A stretch of 64,000 nucleotides of DNA from NCBI GenBank assembly GCA_964016885.1, contig OZ024741.1, forward strand, positions 105,214,001 to 105,278,000, in the 5' to 3' direction. The notes beneath the pieces are model-generated. The model was given only the letters and a program-made list of their open reading frames with translations, was not told the DNA's origin and did not search any database. The stretch is from Eledone cirrhosa (lineage: Eukaryota). The position numbers were made by a program, and so were the translations under genes. Numbering within the stretch: the first letter of the stretch is position 1; each line of letters begins with the position of its first letter. Below, in pieces: positions 1-17,120 of the stretch.

Positions 1-103
1 ATATATATATATTATATATACTCTTTTACTCTTTTACCTGTTTCAGCCATCCGGCTGAGCCATGCTGGGGCACCGCCCATATATATTATATATATATATA
101 TAT

Positions 104-135
<32 letters not shown>

Positions 136-147
136 ATATTATATATA

Positions 148-228
<81 letters not shown>

Positions 229-265
229 ATGTATTATATGTATATATATATTATGCATATATATA

Positions 266-305
<40 letters not shown>

Positions 306-378
306 CATATATATATATTATATATATACATATATATTATATATATACATATATATTATATATATTATATATATATAT

Positions 379-412
<34 letters not shown>

Positions 413-420
413 ATACATTA

Positions 421-499
<79 letters not shown>

Positions 500-537
500 C
501 ATATATATAGAGATTATATATATTATATATATATATA
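1..537. repeat. Imperfect (TA)n array
   Basis: Nearly pure TA repeats with phase slips; a short unique insert at ~20-80. Confidence 0.95.
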
Positions 538-869
538 AAGACCCAATGGAGACTACTCCAGAGAGCGCGATCATACACGGAAGGCCATAATTGCTGTGAC
601 CTCTGTATCTCCGAGAGCTATGAGATTCTATTCGCCAAAGGCCCTCTCCTCAACAAGATCTCGGAACACTCCCCTAATTGCATGCACAAGAACTATGCAA
701 ATTACAAAAACTACAGACTATATATATATATGTGTGTGTATGTGTATGCGTGTGTGTGTGTATATTTGTGTGTTTGTGTTTTTCCTGTGTATATATGTAT
801 ATATGTGTATGTATGTGTGTGTGTGTGTGTATATGTATGTGTGTGTGTGTGTATGTGTATGCGCACACA

Positions 870-939
<70 letters not shown>

Positions 940-1635
940 ATGTGTGTGTGAGTGTGTAGGTGTGCACACACACACACATATGTATGTGTGTGTGTGTATA
1001 TATATGTAAGTATATATGTATGTGTGTGTGTAAGTGTTTTGTATGTGGTTGTGAGTATGTAAATATATTTATTCTTTCCATCCTACAAAAACACTCTGGC
1101 CACCTGTGGCTTGTATGTTAACTTGACCACTCACCCCAGTCTGTGCCATGATTCGGTCTTGTTAAATGTTTAATTTCTATTACCAACCCACCTAAAAAAT
1201 TTCCCTACTATATATCTGTTGAATTACTATTCTTGGGGTTTTTATTATTTATTTTTTATTTATTTCTTTATTTATTTATTTATTTATTCATTTATCTATT
1301 TATTTATTCATTTATTTATTTATTTACTTATTTATTTATTTCAAAAAGCACTCTGGCTAATTGACCACTCCCCATAGAAAAAACGGCCTGTGCCATCAAG
1401 TGGTCCTGTGTATCTAAATACCATCCCCCCCCCCCCATCCCCACCCCTCCTTGCCACTACCTAAATGTATAAATACCAGAACTTAATATGACACCCAGCT
1501 TCCTGAAGATTTCATCTGAATGAAACAGTACTAGTCCTGTAGAAGCTCCTTCTATAAAATAAAAAAATTTTACTCTGCCATGTATTGAGTACCTTACTTA
1601 CTGAGGTTATCCCCGACTCAACCCGGGACCTACGT

Positions 1636-1637
<2 letters not shown>
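538..1637 (+). mobile_element. 5'-truncated Penelope-like element: GIY-YIG C-terminal fragment plus 3' tail with an HHR-like motif (family C)
   Basis: 541-717 translates TQWRLLQRARSYTEGHNCCDLCISESYEILFAKGPLLNKISEHSPNCMHK, which aligns by eye with the 18325 fragment. The tail has CTGAAGA..GAAAC..GTC at ~1503-1537 and is shared with 11070-11180 and 27128-27260. Flanked by (TA)n. Confidence 0.75.
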
Positions 1638-3830
<2,193 letters not shown>

Positions 3831-3835
3831 GTTAT

Positions 3836-4460
3836 TTGTCAGTGTTGAACAAACGAGCAACGGTGGTTGCTAGACACTACGGCTTAATACGGGATGTTTG
3901 TTTACAAACACACCGAGCATTATAATAAATATTCGGTGAATCCATACGTGCATATATATATGTGTGCATGTATGTATATATATATATACATACTACTGTG
4001 CGTCGGTATACATATATGTATGTACGTGTACATACTTATATTTAAGTAACAGCCGTACTAAGAGTGGGAAATGAAATATCGTTTCATTTTTTTCCGTTTA
4101 TCGTTTTCGGTGCACCCGGCGGATTAACCCACTCGATATGCAGATTGGTCTACTCAGCCGTTAATATGCATAAGGTAAGTATGTACGTTCAACAATCTGG
4201 CAGGAAGGTATACGTTGCTGACGATAGCTAACAAGCTTAAAACTAGTACAGCGTTCCTTTGTCAGTGTTGAACAAACGAGCAACGGTGGTTGCTAGACAC
4301 TACGGCTTAATACGGGATGTTTGTTTACAAACACACCGAGCATTATAATAAATATTCGGTGAATCCATACGTGCATATATATATGTGTGCATGTATGTAT
4401 ATATATATATACATACTACTGTACGTTGGTATACATATATGTATGTACGTGTACATACTT
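3836..4460 (+). mobile_element. ~1.5 tandem copies of a 423-bp unit with a minimal HHR (pLTR/retrozyme-like)
   Basis: 3841 agtgttgaac recurs at 4264. About 200 bp is duplicated, and the HHR-like motif lies just before the second copy. Confidence 0.65.
4213..4253 (+). ncRNA. Minimal type I hammerhead-like motif (GAAA reads AAAA)
   Basis: cgttg CTGACGA t agct-aaca-agct t AAAAC ta GTA cagcg; stem I cgttg/cagcg and stem II pair. Confidence 0.55.
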
Positions 4461-4508
4461 ATATATATATTATATATTATATATATATATATTATATATT
4501 ATATATAT

Positions 4509-4540
<32 letters not shown>

Positions 4541-4628
4541 ATATATTATATATATATATATTATATATATATATATTATATATATATTATATATATATAT
4601 TATATATATATATTATATATATATATAT

Positions 4629-4659
<31 letters not shown>

Positions 4660-4777
4660 ATATATATAAATTATATATATATTATATATATATATATATT
4701 ATATTAATAAGGTAATGAATTCTTTTACAATGGAATCAGCTCGAATGAGGAAAAATATCCCCTGAGCAGTGTATAAA

Positions 4778-5343
4778 TTAATATGTATGTGATGAAACAC
4801 AGATACCAACACATCTGTATATATATTGCAAAAGAAAAATTTAGCCACATTGAAGTATACTAATTATTATACTACAGTTTGTCCATATCGATTTAAATAA
4901 TAAATCAACGGAGACGAACTGTATCGCAAGCCGCCTCATATATACGACTGTTATTTCTAGCAGTACGGTTATGAGACTAGTTAGATACTGTAAAGCCATG
5001 TGCGTCACGCAGTCTTTTAAATTATTTAGAAGTGAAGCATATCAATTTGTCTCTGGATGTTTACTGAGGAGGGCGGGACATGATATTCCAACACTTATTT
5101 AACTCGAAACATATTTGGATCTTAAAGTCTAAACTTATCTACGGAACTGTTTGATTTTGAAATTTAAATGTGTCTAAACATCACGGCCTTTTGCGATACA
5201 GTTCGTCTCCGTTGATTTATTATTTTAAATCGATATGGACAAACTGTAGTATAATAATTAGTATACTTCAATCTGGCTAAATTTTTCTTTTGCAATATAT
5301 ATACAGATGTGTTGGTATCTGTGTTTCATCACATACATATTAA
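4778..5343. mobile_element. Inverted-repeat element in (TA)n, arms ~4778-4933 and ~5185-5343, HHR in spacer
   Basis: The two arms are near-perfect reverse complements. Confidence 0.85.
5056..5182 (+). ncRNA. Complete type I hammerhead ribozyme with long stem III
   Basis: Stem I gatgttta(5056)/taaacatc(5175); CTGAGGA 5064-5070; stem II ggg/ctc; GAAA 5106-5109; stem III acatattt/aaatgtgt with further pairing; GTC 5172-5174. Confidence 0.8.
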
Positions 5344-6938
<1,595 letters not shown>

Positions 6939-6942
<4 letters not shown>

Positions 6943-7695
6943 AAATGGGGAGAAGAATACTGCAGGTTGCACATGGATGACATGTTATAAAATGAGTCCC
7001 TCAGTCCCTCATCAGTGATTTGCCAACGATCATGGATATTTCATTGCATTAAAAATCATATACCTCACGTTGGTGCAATAATAACTAAATTAAGTTATTA
7101 GGACAATTAAAACGCGTAAAGCGAGTGAGACAAGTAAACAACAAAGAGGAAAGCTAACCGTAGATAGGAAGGGCACAAGCTACATAGTTATTCTGTCAGC
7201 ATAAGCTGGGTGAATATATGAGCGCGTAGAAAAAAGACCTTTCGAGATGAATCCAAATGTAAGAAAGAAGGAAATCGTTTTCGTCGCGAACGGGGTGAAG
7301 TGAGAAGGGGAGAAACAGTGAGTGAGTGAGTGGAAGTGTGAGGAAGAGGACAGTAGAGAGAAAGTGTTAACTGACATGACAGAGGGGGAGAAAGAAAGTA
7401 AGAGAAACAGAGAGAACGAGGGAGCAGTAAGAGAGAGAGAGAGAAAAACAGAATCGCAGTTTAGGTAAATATATGTGAAAAAATGGGGAGAAGAATACTG
7501 CAGGTTGCACATGGATAACATGTTATAAAATGAGTCCCTCATCAGTGATTTGCCAACGATCATAGATATTTCATTGCATTAAAAATCATATACCTCACGT
7601 TGGTGCAATAATAACTAAATTAAGTTATTAGGACAATTAAAACGCGTAAAGCGAGTGAGACAAGTAAACAACAAAGAGGAAAGCTAACCGTAGAT
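6939..7695 (-). mobile_element. Short element with ~220-bp direct repeats (6939-7165 and 7476-7695), embedded in (TA)n
   Basis: Direct duplication visible; further family copies at 11940-12300 and (inverted, diverged) 54260-54365. Strand is tentative. Confidence 0.7.
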
Positions 7696-8583
<888 letters not shown>

Positions 8584-10599
8584 GCATGTTTTTGAGTGTT
8601 TGGATGTATGTATGTATATATGCATATAAGTATTTTATGAATATATGTATGTATAATGTCGCCCACATATATTTATGTTGTGGATTTCTACTATGTTTTC
8701 ATAATATGTATTAGACCATTGACTCAATATAATTTCATATTCTAGTTGTCAATTGTATGACTGACGGCAAATTATGGACAATTTCTGCCATTTTCCATGT
8801 ACAGAACGAAGAAGTCTCAGGAGAGTTTTATAATTTTCCACCAGAAAATTGATATTTAATACGAATTATGTATTATAGATTCTTTAATAGGAACCATTTA
8901 CATTTCTTTCTGAGTGTCATTTCACAACAATTCTTGAACTACAATTTCCAGTGTGACCTTCCATTTTAATGAATATACTTTAAGATTTGAGGGATACGTA
9001 GCTGCTATTTCTATAAAACTGCCATTTTGTATGCAGAGGATAATGTCAACCATTGGGCTGACATTATCAGAGTTGGAGATACAAAAAAACAACATAATTC
9101 TGTATAGTCTGGTACGTGAGAAACTTTATAGAGGGGTAACACCATAAGTTACAACACCAACTTTAGTAATGCCACTGTCTTCAGGCCAGCAATGTTCTGT
9201 CTTTTCCTATCCATGGGACACTGTATGTAGCGCTAAATGAGTTATGGTACAACATGAGATCATGAAAGATTTATCATATATAAAATTATGAAAAGAAAAG
9301 TTTTCGTATTAAAATTGTTTTAAAACAGACGTCTGCGTGTATTGCATTTTCCACAAACAAATACATAAGCATTGATGTGGTGTATTAAAGACTGAAGTTT
9401 TCTAAATATCCTGGTACACCTGGAGGATATAAGTGGTACATAACTATGCCATGACTCTGTTGTTGACAACAACTTTTCAAGGAAGGAAAATACAACTAAA
9501 TTGCCAGATTATTTTGTGTTATTTCGTGACGTGCAGAGTGTATTGTTAGAAATTGTAGGCCACTGCACAATTGCATTAAACCTTTTAGATGCAATGATCA
9601 AATCCCGATCAAATCGACTTTGCTTTTCCTTATTTTCTATTCAATAAATAGAGTAACAGTTGAGTTCAATTTTCCCTCCCCACAAATTGCTAGCCTAATG
9701 CCTAAAATTAGAAATAAATATGATTAGAAGACGGCGGTGGAAGTTGAAAATAATCTAATAACAATAGGGCGTATAAGCCCCTAGAACGGAAAAAATGGGC
9801 AACAGCATTTTCCATTCTATAAATATCATATATATATTATATATACATATGTATATATATATTTATATAGAGAGAGAGTGGGGAGAGAGAGAGAGAAAGA
9901 AAGAAAAAGAGAGAGAGTGATTATATTATAATATACATATATATATGTGTGTGCGTGTATTTAAATCTATGAGGACATGTAATATAAGTGGTAGTAGTAT
10001 TTAAATGAGATCTCCACATGCATTTTGATTTGAATTTTTCCTTGAGTGTCTTTGACTTAATAAAGTTTCATATTTTACGTAGTAATATGTATATGGCTGT
10101 TGGCAACAGATAGGTCATTTCTGTAACTTTACATGTGTAAAACGATGCACCAGTCTCTAGAGATTTATGATATCTGAACGTAAAAATGAATATTTCAGTT
10201 AGAATCAGAAAGTGTAGAATCTCTACTGGGAGTTTTTGTAATTTGTTTCTGAGAATCTAAATATAGATTTCAATTTCTTTTTCTAGTGTTACTGTAAGTG
10301 ACAAGTAAGGTGCCTATTAATAGTTTTCTGTAGCAACCTACACAATATTTATTTCAAACTATGTCACAAAATATTGAAAGTGTTTGGGTAGTGCGGTGTG
10401 TAGCAAATTTAAGTGACCACAACATTTGAGTGATAATTACAGTTATCAGGCAGGTTTTAACTGATTTTAATGTTTAACATCAGGCAAAATGGTTTTGAAC
10501 AGCGTCAGAAAAAATATATATATTATTTTTTTTAATTCAAAGATAAATATGAAATATATATATTTGGTTTCGACAGTAAATGTTTCAGTTGTTCGATCA

Positions 10600-10873
10600 A
10601 TGGAACAGCTTGCTTATTTCAAAGACGTAATTCTCAGGGAGATTCAGAGTAATACAATCTGTAACGTGGCAGGCCCCTTGAATTGCAGATGCAGTCTATC
10701 AAACAGTCTATCAAATCAGAGTTTCTAGACAGATTTCGTTTACCCAATTTCCCCCATAAGTTATGGCGGAAGATGAAGCTATCGTAAATGACACATGCCT
10801 AAGATTCCAAATAGTGGAATAGAATTCAGGGCTTAATGCTTGCGAAATAAATTCCTTAATCATTCGATCATGC
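10600..10873 (-). mobile_element. Old decayed SINE-like repeat
   Basis: The segment gggagattcagagt...ccccttgaattgcag resembles 36870-36950; a degenerate tRNA-like head lies on the minus strand. Confidence 0.4.
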
Positions 10874-11002
10874 TATGTGTGTGTGTGTGTGTGCGTGTGT
10901 GCGTGTGTGCGTGTGCGTGTGTGTGTGCGTCTGTGTGTGTGTGTGTGTGTGCGCGTGCGATTGTATTTATATGTATATATATATATATATAAGTATATAA
11001 TG

Positions 11003-11185
11003 TATAATATAAAAATGGCTTCTACAGGACTAGATCTGTTTCATTCGGAAGAAATCATCAGGGCTTCCTGATGATTTCTAGTCCTGTAGAAGCCATTTTT
11101 ATATTATATATTAAATATTTATACTCTGCTATGTATTGAGTACCTTACTTATTGTGGTTACCCCCGATTGAACCCGGGATAAACT
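11003..11185. mobile_element. Family C mini fold-back carrying an HHR-like core (minus strand ~11017-11061)
   Basis: aaaatggcttctacaggactag...catcagg|cctgatgatttctagtcctgtagaagccatttt; the minus strand reads CTGATGA tttc ttcc gaat GAAAC agatct aGTC. Confidence 0.7.
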
Positions 11186-11211
11186 TATACATTAATCTAT
11201 ATATATGTATA

Positions 11212-11876
11212 TATAGCAAATTTAAAAACGGAGTTAAAGACTCACATTAATCTCCTATAATTTAATGAGATCAAGGATTAGATTCCGGTTCTTTATAAAT
11301 CAGCATATAGAGAGAAGTACACATAGAGATATGTGTTCAATCATAGGGGATCAAAAACCACCAGAGTGATGAACATATTGTCTATGGAAGGAATGGTGAA
11401 TACAAATCAATGAAAAGAATAAATTAAAGTATACTAACCATCCAATTATAAGTATAACACCCGGACATGCTCAAATTAGAGTATGTTTCGCAATAAAAAG
11501 TGAAGAATCCATATTGTAGATGTAGCTCATCGACGGCAGCCTAGCAATACGATCAACACTTCTAAAAATATATTAGATAACTAAGAAAACACGCATGGTA
11601 TAGACAAAATACATGTGTGTTTTATAGCCCATGGTGGTGTGAACGGACCAAAAAACCGATAAAAACAGCAGCTTAGAACCATTCAACTTTAGAAGCTCTA
11701 CTTACAAAAATGAATTAGGAGCTAATGTAGCAAATTGAAAAAACGGAATTAAAGACTCACATTAATCCCCTATAATTCCGGGCTCTTTTTCTTTTAATTG
11801 ATTTGTATTCACCATTCCTTCCGTAGTTAATATGTTCGTCACTCTGGTGGTTTTTGATCCCCTATGATTGAAACAA
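11212..11876 (-). mobile_element. Short repeat element with direct and inverted terminal duplications (family E)
   Basis: 11215-11295 is repeated at 11728-11790; 11790-11875 is the reverse complement of 11336-11428. Relatives at 27355-27470, 37895-38163 and 39310-39592. Confidence 0.65.
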
Positions 11877-11894
11877 GAAAAGTGTGTATATATA

Positions 11895-11939
<45 letters not shown>

Positions 11940-11943
<4 letters not shown>

Positions 11944-12300
11944 AAATGGGGAGAAGAATACTGCAGGTTGCACATGGATAACATGTAATAAAATGAGTCC
12001 CTCATCAGTGATTTGCCGACGATCATAGATATTTCATTGCATTAAAAATCATATACCTCACGTCGGTGCAATAATAACTAAATTAAGTTATTAGGACAAT
12101 TAAAACGCGTAAAGCGAGTGAGACAAGATAACAACAAAGAGGAGAGCTAACCGTAGAGAGGAAGGGAACAAGCTACATAGTAATTCTGTTAGCATAAGCT
12201 AGGTGAATATATGAGCGCTTAGAAAAAAGACCTTTCGGGATGAATCCAAATGTGAGAAAGAGAGAAAATGTTTTCGTCGCGAACGGGGTGAAACACTCGC
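11940..12300 (-). mobile_element. Copy of the 6939 family
   Basis: High identity to 6939-7300; flanked by (TA)n and (GA)n. Confidence 0.75.
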
Positions 12301-12327
12301 ACAAAGAGAGAGAGAGAGAGAGGGAGA

Positions 12328-12406
<79 letters not shown>

Positions 12407-13174
12407 GTTTTCAAATATAAAAACTGGAAAGATGTGGGTGAAAAAGTTATATCAGCTCAATATGTATTACAATAAACTGGCATGGACCACCCACCGACTC
12501 ATGTGGTATTAGAAATTTACATACCACATGTAAGGTGTACACAACTTATATAAGAAATATAATATAAAATCAAAATAAAATAAAATCGAATAAATTGTAA
12601 TGTAAAGTATAAAATGTAACAATCAACACAAATGCCTAATAAACTCTAAACTATAAAGGTAAAAGCTCAGTACAAATAGTATCATGCGGATGTATCAAAC
12701 AATCTAAAGAATCCGTCAAATTTCTCGTTGGACCATAAGGAGATATGTAGCCGTGTATGATCGGATCAATGTTTTACGATAGAATAAGTTTCGGTAGGTC
12801 GCCTCGGCCCGGGGTGGTAGTTCCTCTTATACTGTGGTCAGAGCTTCGGTTCTCCATTACATCACAAAGCGCTCAACTACAACAGGAGCTGTTTTCTATT
12901 TATGTTGTGTGGTTTACCAATGGGTAGAATTGGTCATTCCGATTAGCAATAAGGATGTAATAAGTTAAAGCACTCGACGTTATGCAAATCATCCATTGTT
13001 GATGTTGTATCCCGTGGTTGGTGCAGGAACGGAGTTAAATATTCATTCAAAAACATCAGTCCGGCCTATATACATATATATATATATAGTAAAAAAATTG
13101 AACGGGAACAAAACAGAGAGGCAGTACGAACAAAGTTTTATTAGTTTCACGCTCTTGAGAGTGGGGTGGTGGTG

Positions 13175-13250
<76 letters not shown>

Positions 13251-13260
13251 AACCAGTAAG

Positions 13261-13354
13261 ACCCCGACAGCTGAGCTCAAGCCGTTTCGACGGCTAATTC
13301 TGGACTAAATGAAAATTTATCCTGGTATTTAGATAGCCGATCTTCTCAAGGGGT
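13261..13354 (-). ncRNA. Type I hammerhead with U3-A8 core variant (family B)
   Basis: acccc TTGAGAA ga-t-cggcta...tagccg-tc GAAAC ggc ttgagctca gct GTC ggggt. Confidence 0.7.
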
Positions 13355-14303
13355 AATTCCATATATGGTCAAAGTGATTGTCAAAAATCAGTAGTAATTC
13401 TGTGGTTGCAAATTAGTAGGGGAGATGGTGGCTAAACCTGCCAGTAGGAGAAAGAGGGGAGGGTGGAGTAGCCCCAATCAAGCGTTTGTAGTGCCAGCTA
13501 CAGCTGGGCATGAGGTCAAAGAAGATACAGGGGAGGTGGAGGGGGAGGAAGTCGGAACGGTAGGTAGAACAATGGGGGGTAGAAATATATAGGAAAGAAA
13601 AAATACTGAGAGTGAAGAAAAGCAAATAAGTGTAAAGAAAAACAAATGAGTGTAAAGAAAAAAGTAAAGTAAATTAAATTCTACGACCTAGGTCTCTAGC
13701 TATTGTTAGTCTAGAATAAATAAATAAAGAAAGAAAGAAGTAAAGAAAGAAATAAAGAAATAACGAAATAAGTAAAAGAACTAGGTGGGACGGAATAGGC
13801 GAGGACCCTTTTAAGAGGTATAAGTACGTAAATGATACGGTGACGGGTCAACAAAAGGGGCCAAAATACTAAAGAGACTACCACGAAATAAACAATAAAG
13901 GTTTCCATCCCGGGCACAATTCCAGCAACCACCCAGTGCAGCAAAGTGAACTAATACGAGATAATAATTCTGAGTCCCGAGAAAAATATATACTAATGCT
14001 AACTCTAATTTTTTTTTTCTTTACACTTATTTGCTTTTCTTCACTCTCAGTATTTTTTCTTTCCTATATATTTCTACCCCCCATTGTTCTACCTACCGTT
14101 CCGACTTCCTCCCCCTCCCCCTCCCCTGTATCTTCTTTGACCTCATGCCCAGCTGTAGCTGGCACTACAAACGCTTGATTGGGGCTACTCCACCCCCTCC
14201 CCTCTTTCTCCTACTGGCAGGTTTAGCCACCATCTCCCCTACTAATTTGCAACCACAGAATTACTACTGATTTTTGACAATCACTTTGACCATATATGGA
14301 ATT

Positions 14304-14397
14304 ACCTCTTGAGAAGATCGGCTATCTAAATACCAGGATAAATTTTCATTTAGTCCAGAATTAGCCGTCGAAACGGCTTGAGCTCAGCTGTCGGGGT
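14304..14397 (+). ncRNA. Type I hammerhead with U3-A8 core variant (family B, second arm)
   Basis: acctc/ggggt stem I; TTGAGAA 14309-14315; GAAA 14370-14373; GTC 14390-14392. Confidence 0.7.
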
Positions 14398-14488
14398 CTT
14401 ACTGGTTCCTATTACCCACTCTACTACCTCAAGTATTGAGTACTTTGGTGCGTTATGGTCCACCTGGTTCCTTACCACATTTCCTTCG

Positions 14489-14529
<41 letters not shown>

Positions 14530-14530
<1 letters not shown>

Positions 14531-16022
14531 GGGATAACAAGTTATCGTAATAGGCAATCCACTTAGAGGTAGTCCAGTTAGAGTACTCCGTGTTGTGGAT
14601 GGTATTAACGTATGGCTTAGTTTGACTCAACAAGACGTTTCTATAGTGATGCAGCGAGTGATTTCTATGTAGGTTATACTTGGAGTAATAATAATTCAAG
14701 AGATAAGAGTAACATGGTATGTCCCATTGCGGGCTCTGCAACCTTGAATTGCTACATATCTTAAGGTACGATAAAATGCTGCTTAACAGCAAAATAGAAA
14801 AGTCAATTTTCTGCAGACATAGGATTGCTACTAAATTTACGAGATTTAAACCACCGTGATTTGAACCAGCATCCCCGAACTTAATGGCAAATCACTTAGA
14901 ATTTAACGTATGAAATCCGCATTCTCACACAGCCCACCTCAGAACCATAATTTTTTATAAACATCTTTCAGCCTCCCTACATCTATATCACCAAGATGGG
15001 GCAGCAATATCTACAAACATCTACCAATTATCATGCCAGCCCATAAATCAATCTAGCATTTGCTGTTGTTTATTCTTTCGGACCAAACAATTATATCTAC
15101 ATATCTCACATTAACACCCATGATCTCTAACAGATGAACTTAATTCTAAGTACATTATCTTATTACCCTTACACTCCTTGAAACTCTTATTTTCTTATTT
15201 TCTTCTTATTATTATTATGATCATCACAACGTACCCTATCCCTAATTTTATTCATCATGTTCTCTATCTATTTACCATGCATATTTGATTGTTGATTTAT
15301 TGTCTTAATTATACGCTATGTGTCATCGAAGTTGTGAAAACTAAACCCCTATGATTCGAACTAACAATCCCAACATTTAAGATAGTCCACCTAAACCTTA
15401 AAATACTGAATCTACAATTTCACTTAGCACTACCTAAGAACCATATATACACTAACTCTATCAATATAACTAAGTTAATACAACGAAAATACTTATCTAT
15501 CAGACCATAAATCATTCTCCGGTTTATTGCTAGCGTGCCTTTAGACCCACAGCACACTTGTATCTAGATCACTCTCATAATTGCACTTAAAGAGTGGGTA
15601 CATTTTATTAGTTAACTCTTCATCCCTCAAAAACTACGTCTAAAGTAACCTATAGTAGTTTTCACATGTCAACTTCATACATCTGTGTCATATCACCTCG
15701 GTTACCATGTTAGTTTTATCATTATATTCTATTTCTCACTTATAATGAGTTTATTAATTTAACTATTCAGTATCTAGTTATTTTGTTATTGATATTATTG
15801 TTCTGGTCTAATACCATTCCTCTATAAAAGCCATGCCTTGTATATTATCCTCACATTCGCTCGCTCTGATGAATTAACTAGTTATAAACAAAGTATTGGA
15901 GTTCGATTGGCGCAACATCTAGCGATTAGCGAACTCTAGACCTACCAGATCAAAGAAACAATTGTCAGCACTGTGAATAAAGCCCTTATTGTACAGACAA
16001 CCATGTTACTCTTATCTCTTGA

Positions 16023-16030
<8 letters not shown>
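14530..16030 (+). mobile_element. Family D Penelope-like tail element with an inverted 5' end
   Basis: 14688-14718 is the reverse complement of 16000-16030. 14530-14718 is homologous to the reverse complement of 51826-52013. Confidence 0.7.
15863..15969 (+). ncRNA. Type I hammerhead with ~80-nt stem II region
   Basis: gct CTGATGA ...long insert... GAAAC aatt GTC agc. Confidence 0.6.
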
Positions 16031-16107
<77 letters not shown>

Positions 16108-16298
16108 CAAATTTTAGTACAGCATTAACGAAGCTTTAGTTTGCGGCCAGGCCAAGCTAACGGTATGTAGCTTTAGCACTCGGATGGGGATAGTACCCCA
16201 GAGTAATAACAATACGTTTAGACAGCTTACCAAATCAAATATAGCGATCGGCAGTCCAGTCGCATTATCACACCAACGAAAATACAGGACTCAGGAAA

Positions 16299-16339
<41 letters not shown>

Positions 16340-16402
16340 GATTTTTTCTGTAGAAAATGTTGAAGAGATATTTTTAGTGAAATTTCAAAACATTAATTTA
16401 TT

Positions 16403-16443
16403 TACAATACCGGTTTCAGCATTAAATGCATTGTCAATATGCA
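16403..16443 (-). ncRNA. Minimal hammerhead-like motif with U3-A8 core
   Basis: The minus strand reads tgcata TTGACAA t-gcat-tta-atgc-t GAAAC cg GTA ttgta; stem I is weak. Confidence 0.5.
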
Positions 16444-16602
16444 GAATATTGTTAAGAAGCATATTTGTACAAATAGTAAAAATAATGATAATAAAAACAA
16501 AAAATATAAAGAGGGGAAGAAAAGTTAATTTTCACATACGTGGTCCTTCAGAGAAGAAAGTCATTTTGTCAGTCCATCCTTCTCTGCTAATGGCTTTGTT
16601 GT

Positions 16603-16640
<38 letters not shown>

Positions 16641-16724
16641 TAATTTAAGGTATCACAACATATATATGTATAATGCTTGTGTTTCTCAGTAGAAAAGCTC
16701 AATGGACATTTGCCCAGAGCATCA

Positions 16725-17005
16725 ATAATTCATATTAAAAGATATATGTATAGAGAGGGAGCGAGAAAAATTCATATACCGTTAGAGAAACACAGTATTT
16801 TGTACATATATATAAAGCACATAATATTTAGGAAAACAAATTCTAACTTCAAGGAGGAAAAGTTCTTTCTTAAAAGAAGAACTTTTTCACCTTGAAACCT
16901 TGAAGTGCGTATTTTTTCATAAATATTATGTACAAAATATTGTTTCTTAAATGATATATGGTCTTTCTCATCTATATATATACATGTATCTTTTAATTTG
17001 AATTA
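16725..17005. repeat. Diverged palindrome centred near 16872
   Basis: ttcaaggaggaaaagttctt / aagaactttttcaccttgaa, with outer arms still pairing. Confidence 0.6.
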
Positions 17006-17028
17006 AATATTTATACACACACACACAA

Positions 17029-17110
<82 letters not shown>

Positions 17111-17120
17111 TTATATTTTT

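Larger units (their letters stand above)
13249..14490. mobile_element. Family B inverted-repeat element: arms 13249-13642 and 14011-14409, plus an ~80-bp tail
   Basis: Arms are near-identical reverse complements (mirrored ORFs 13413- and 14031+); (TA)n on both sides. Confidence 0.9.
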
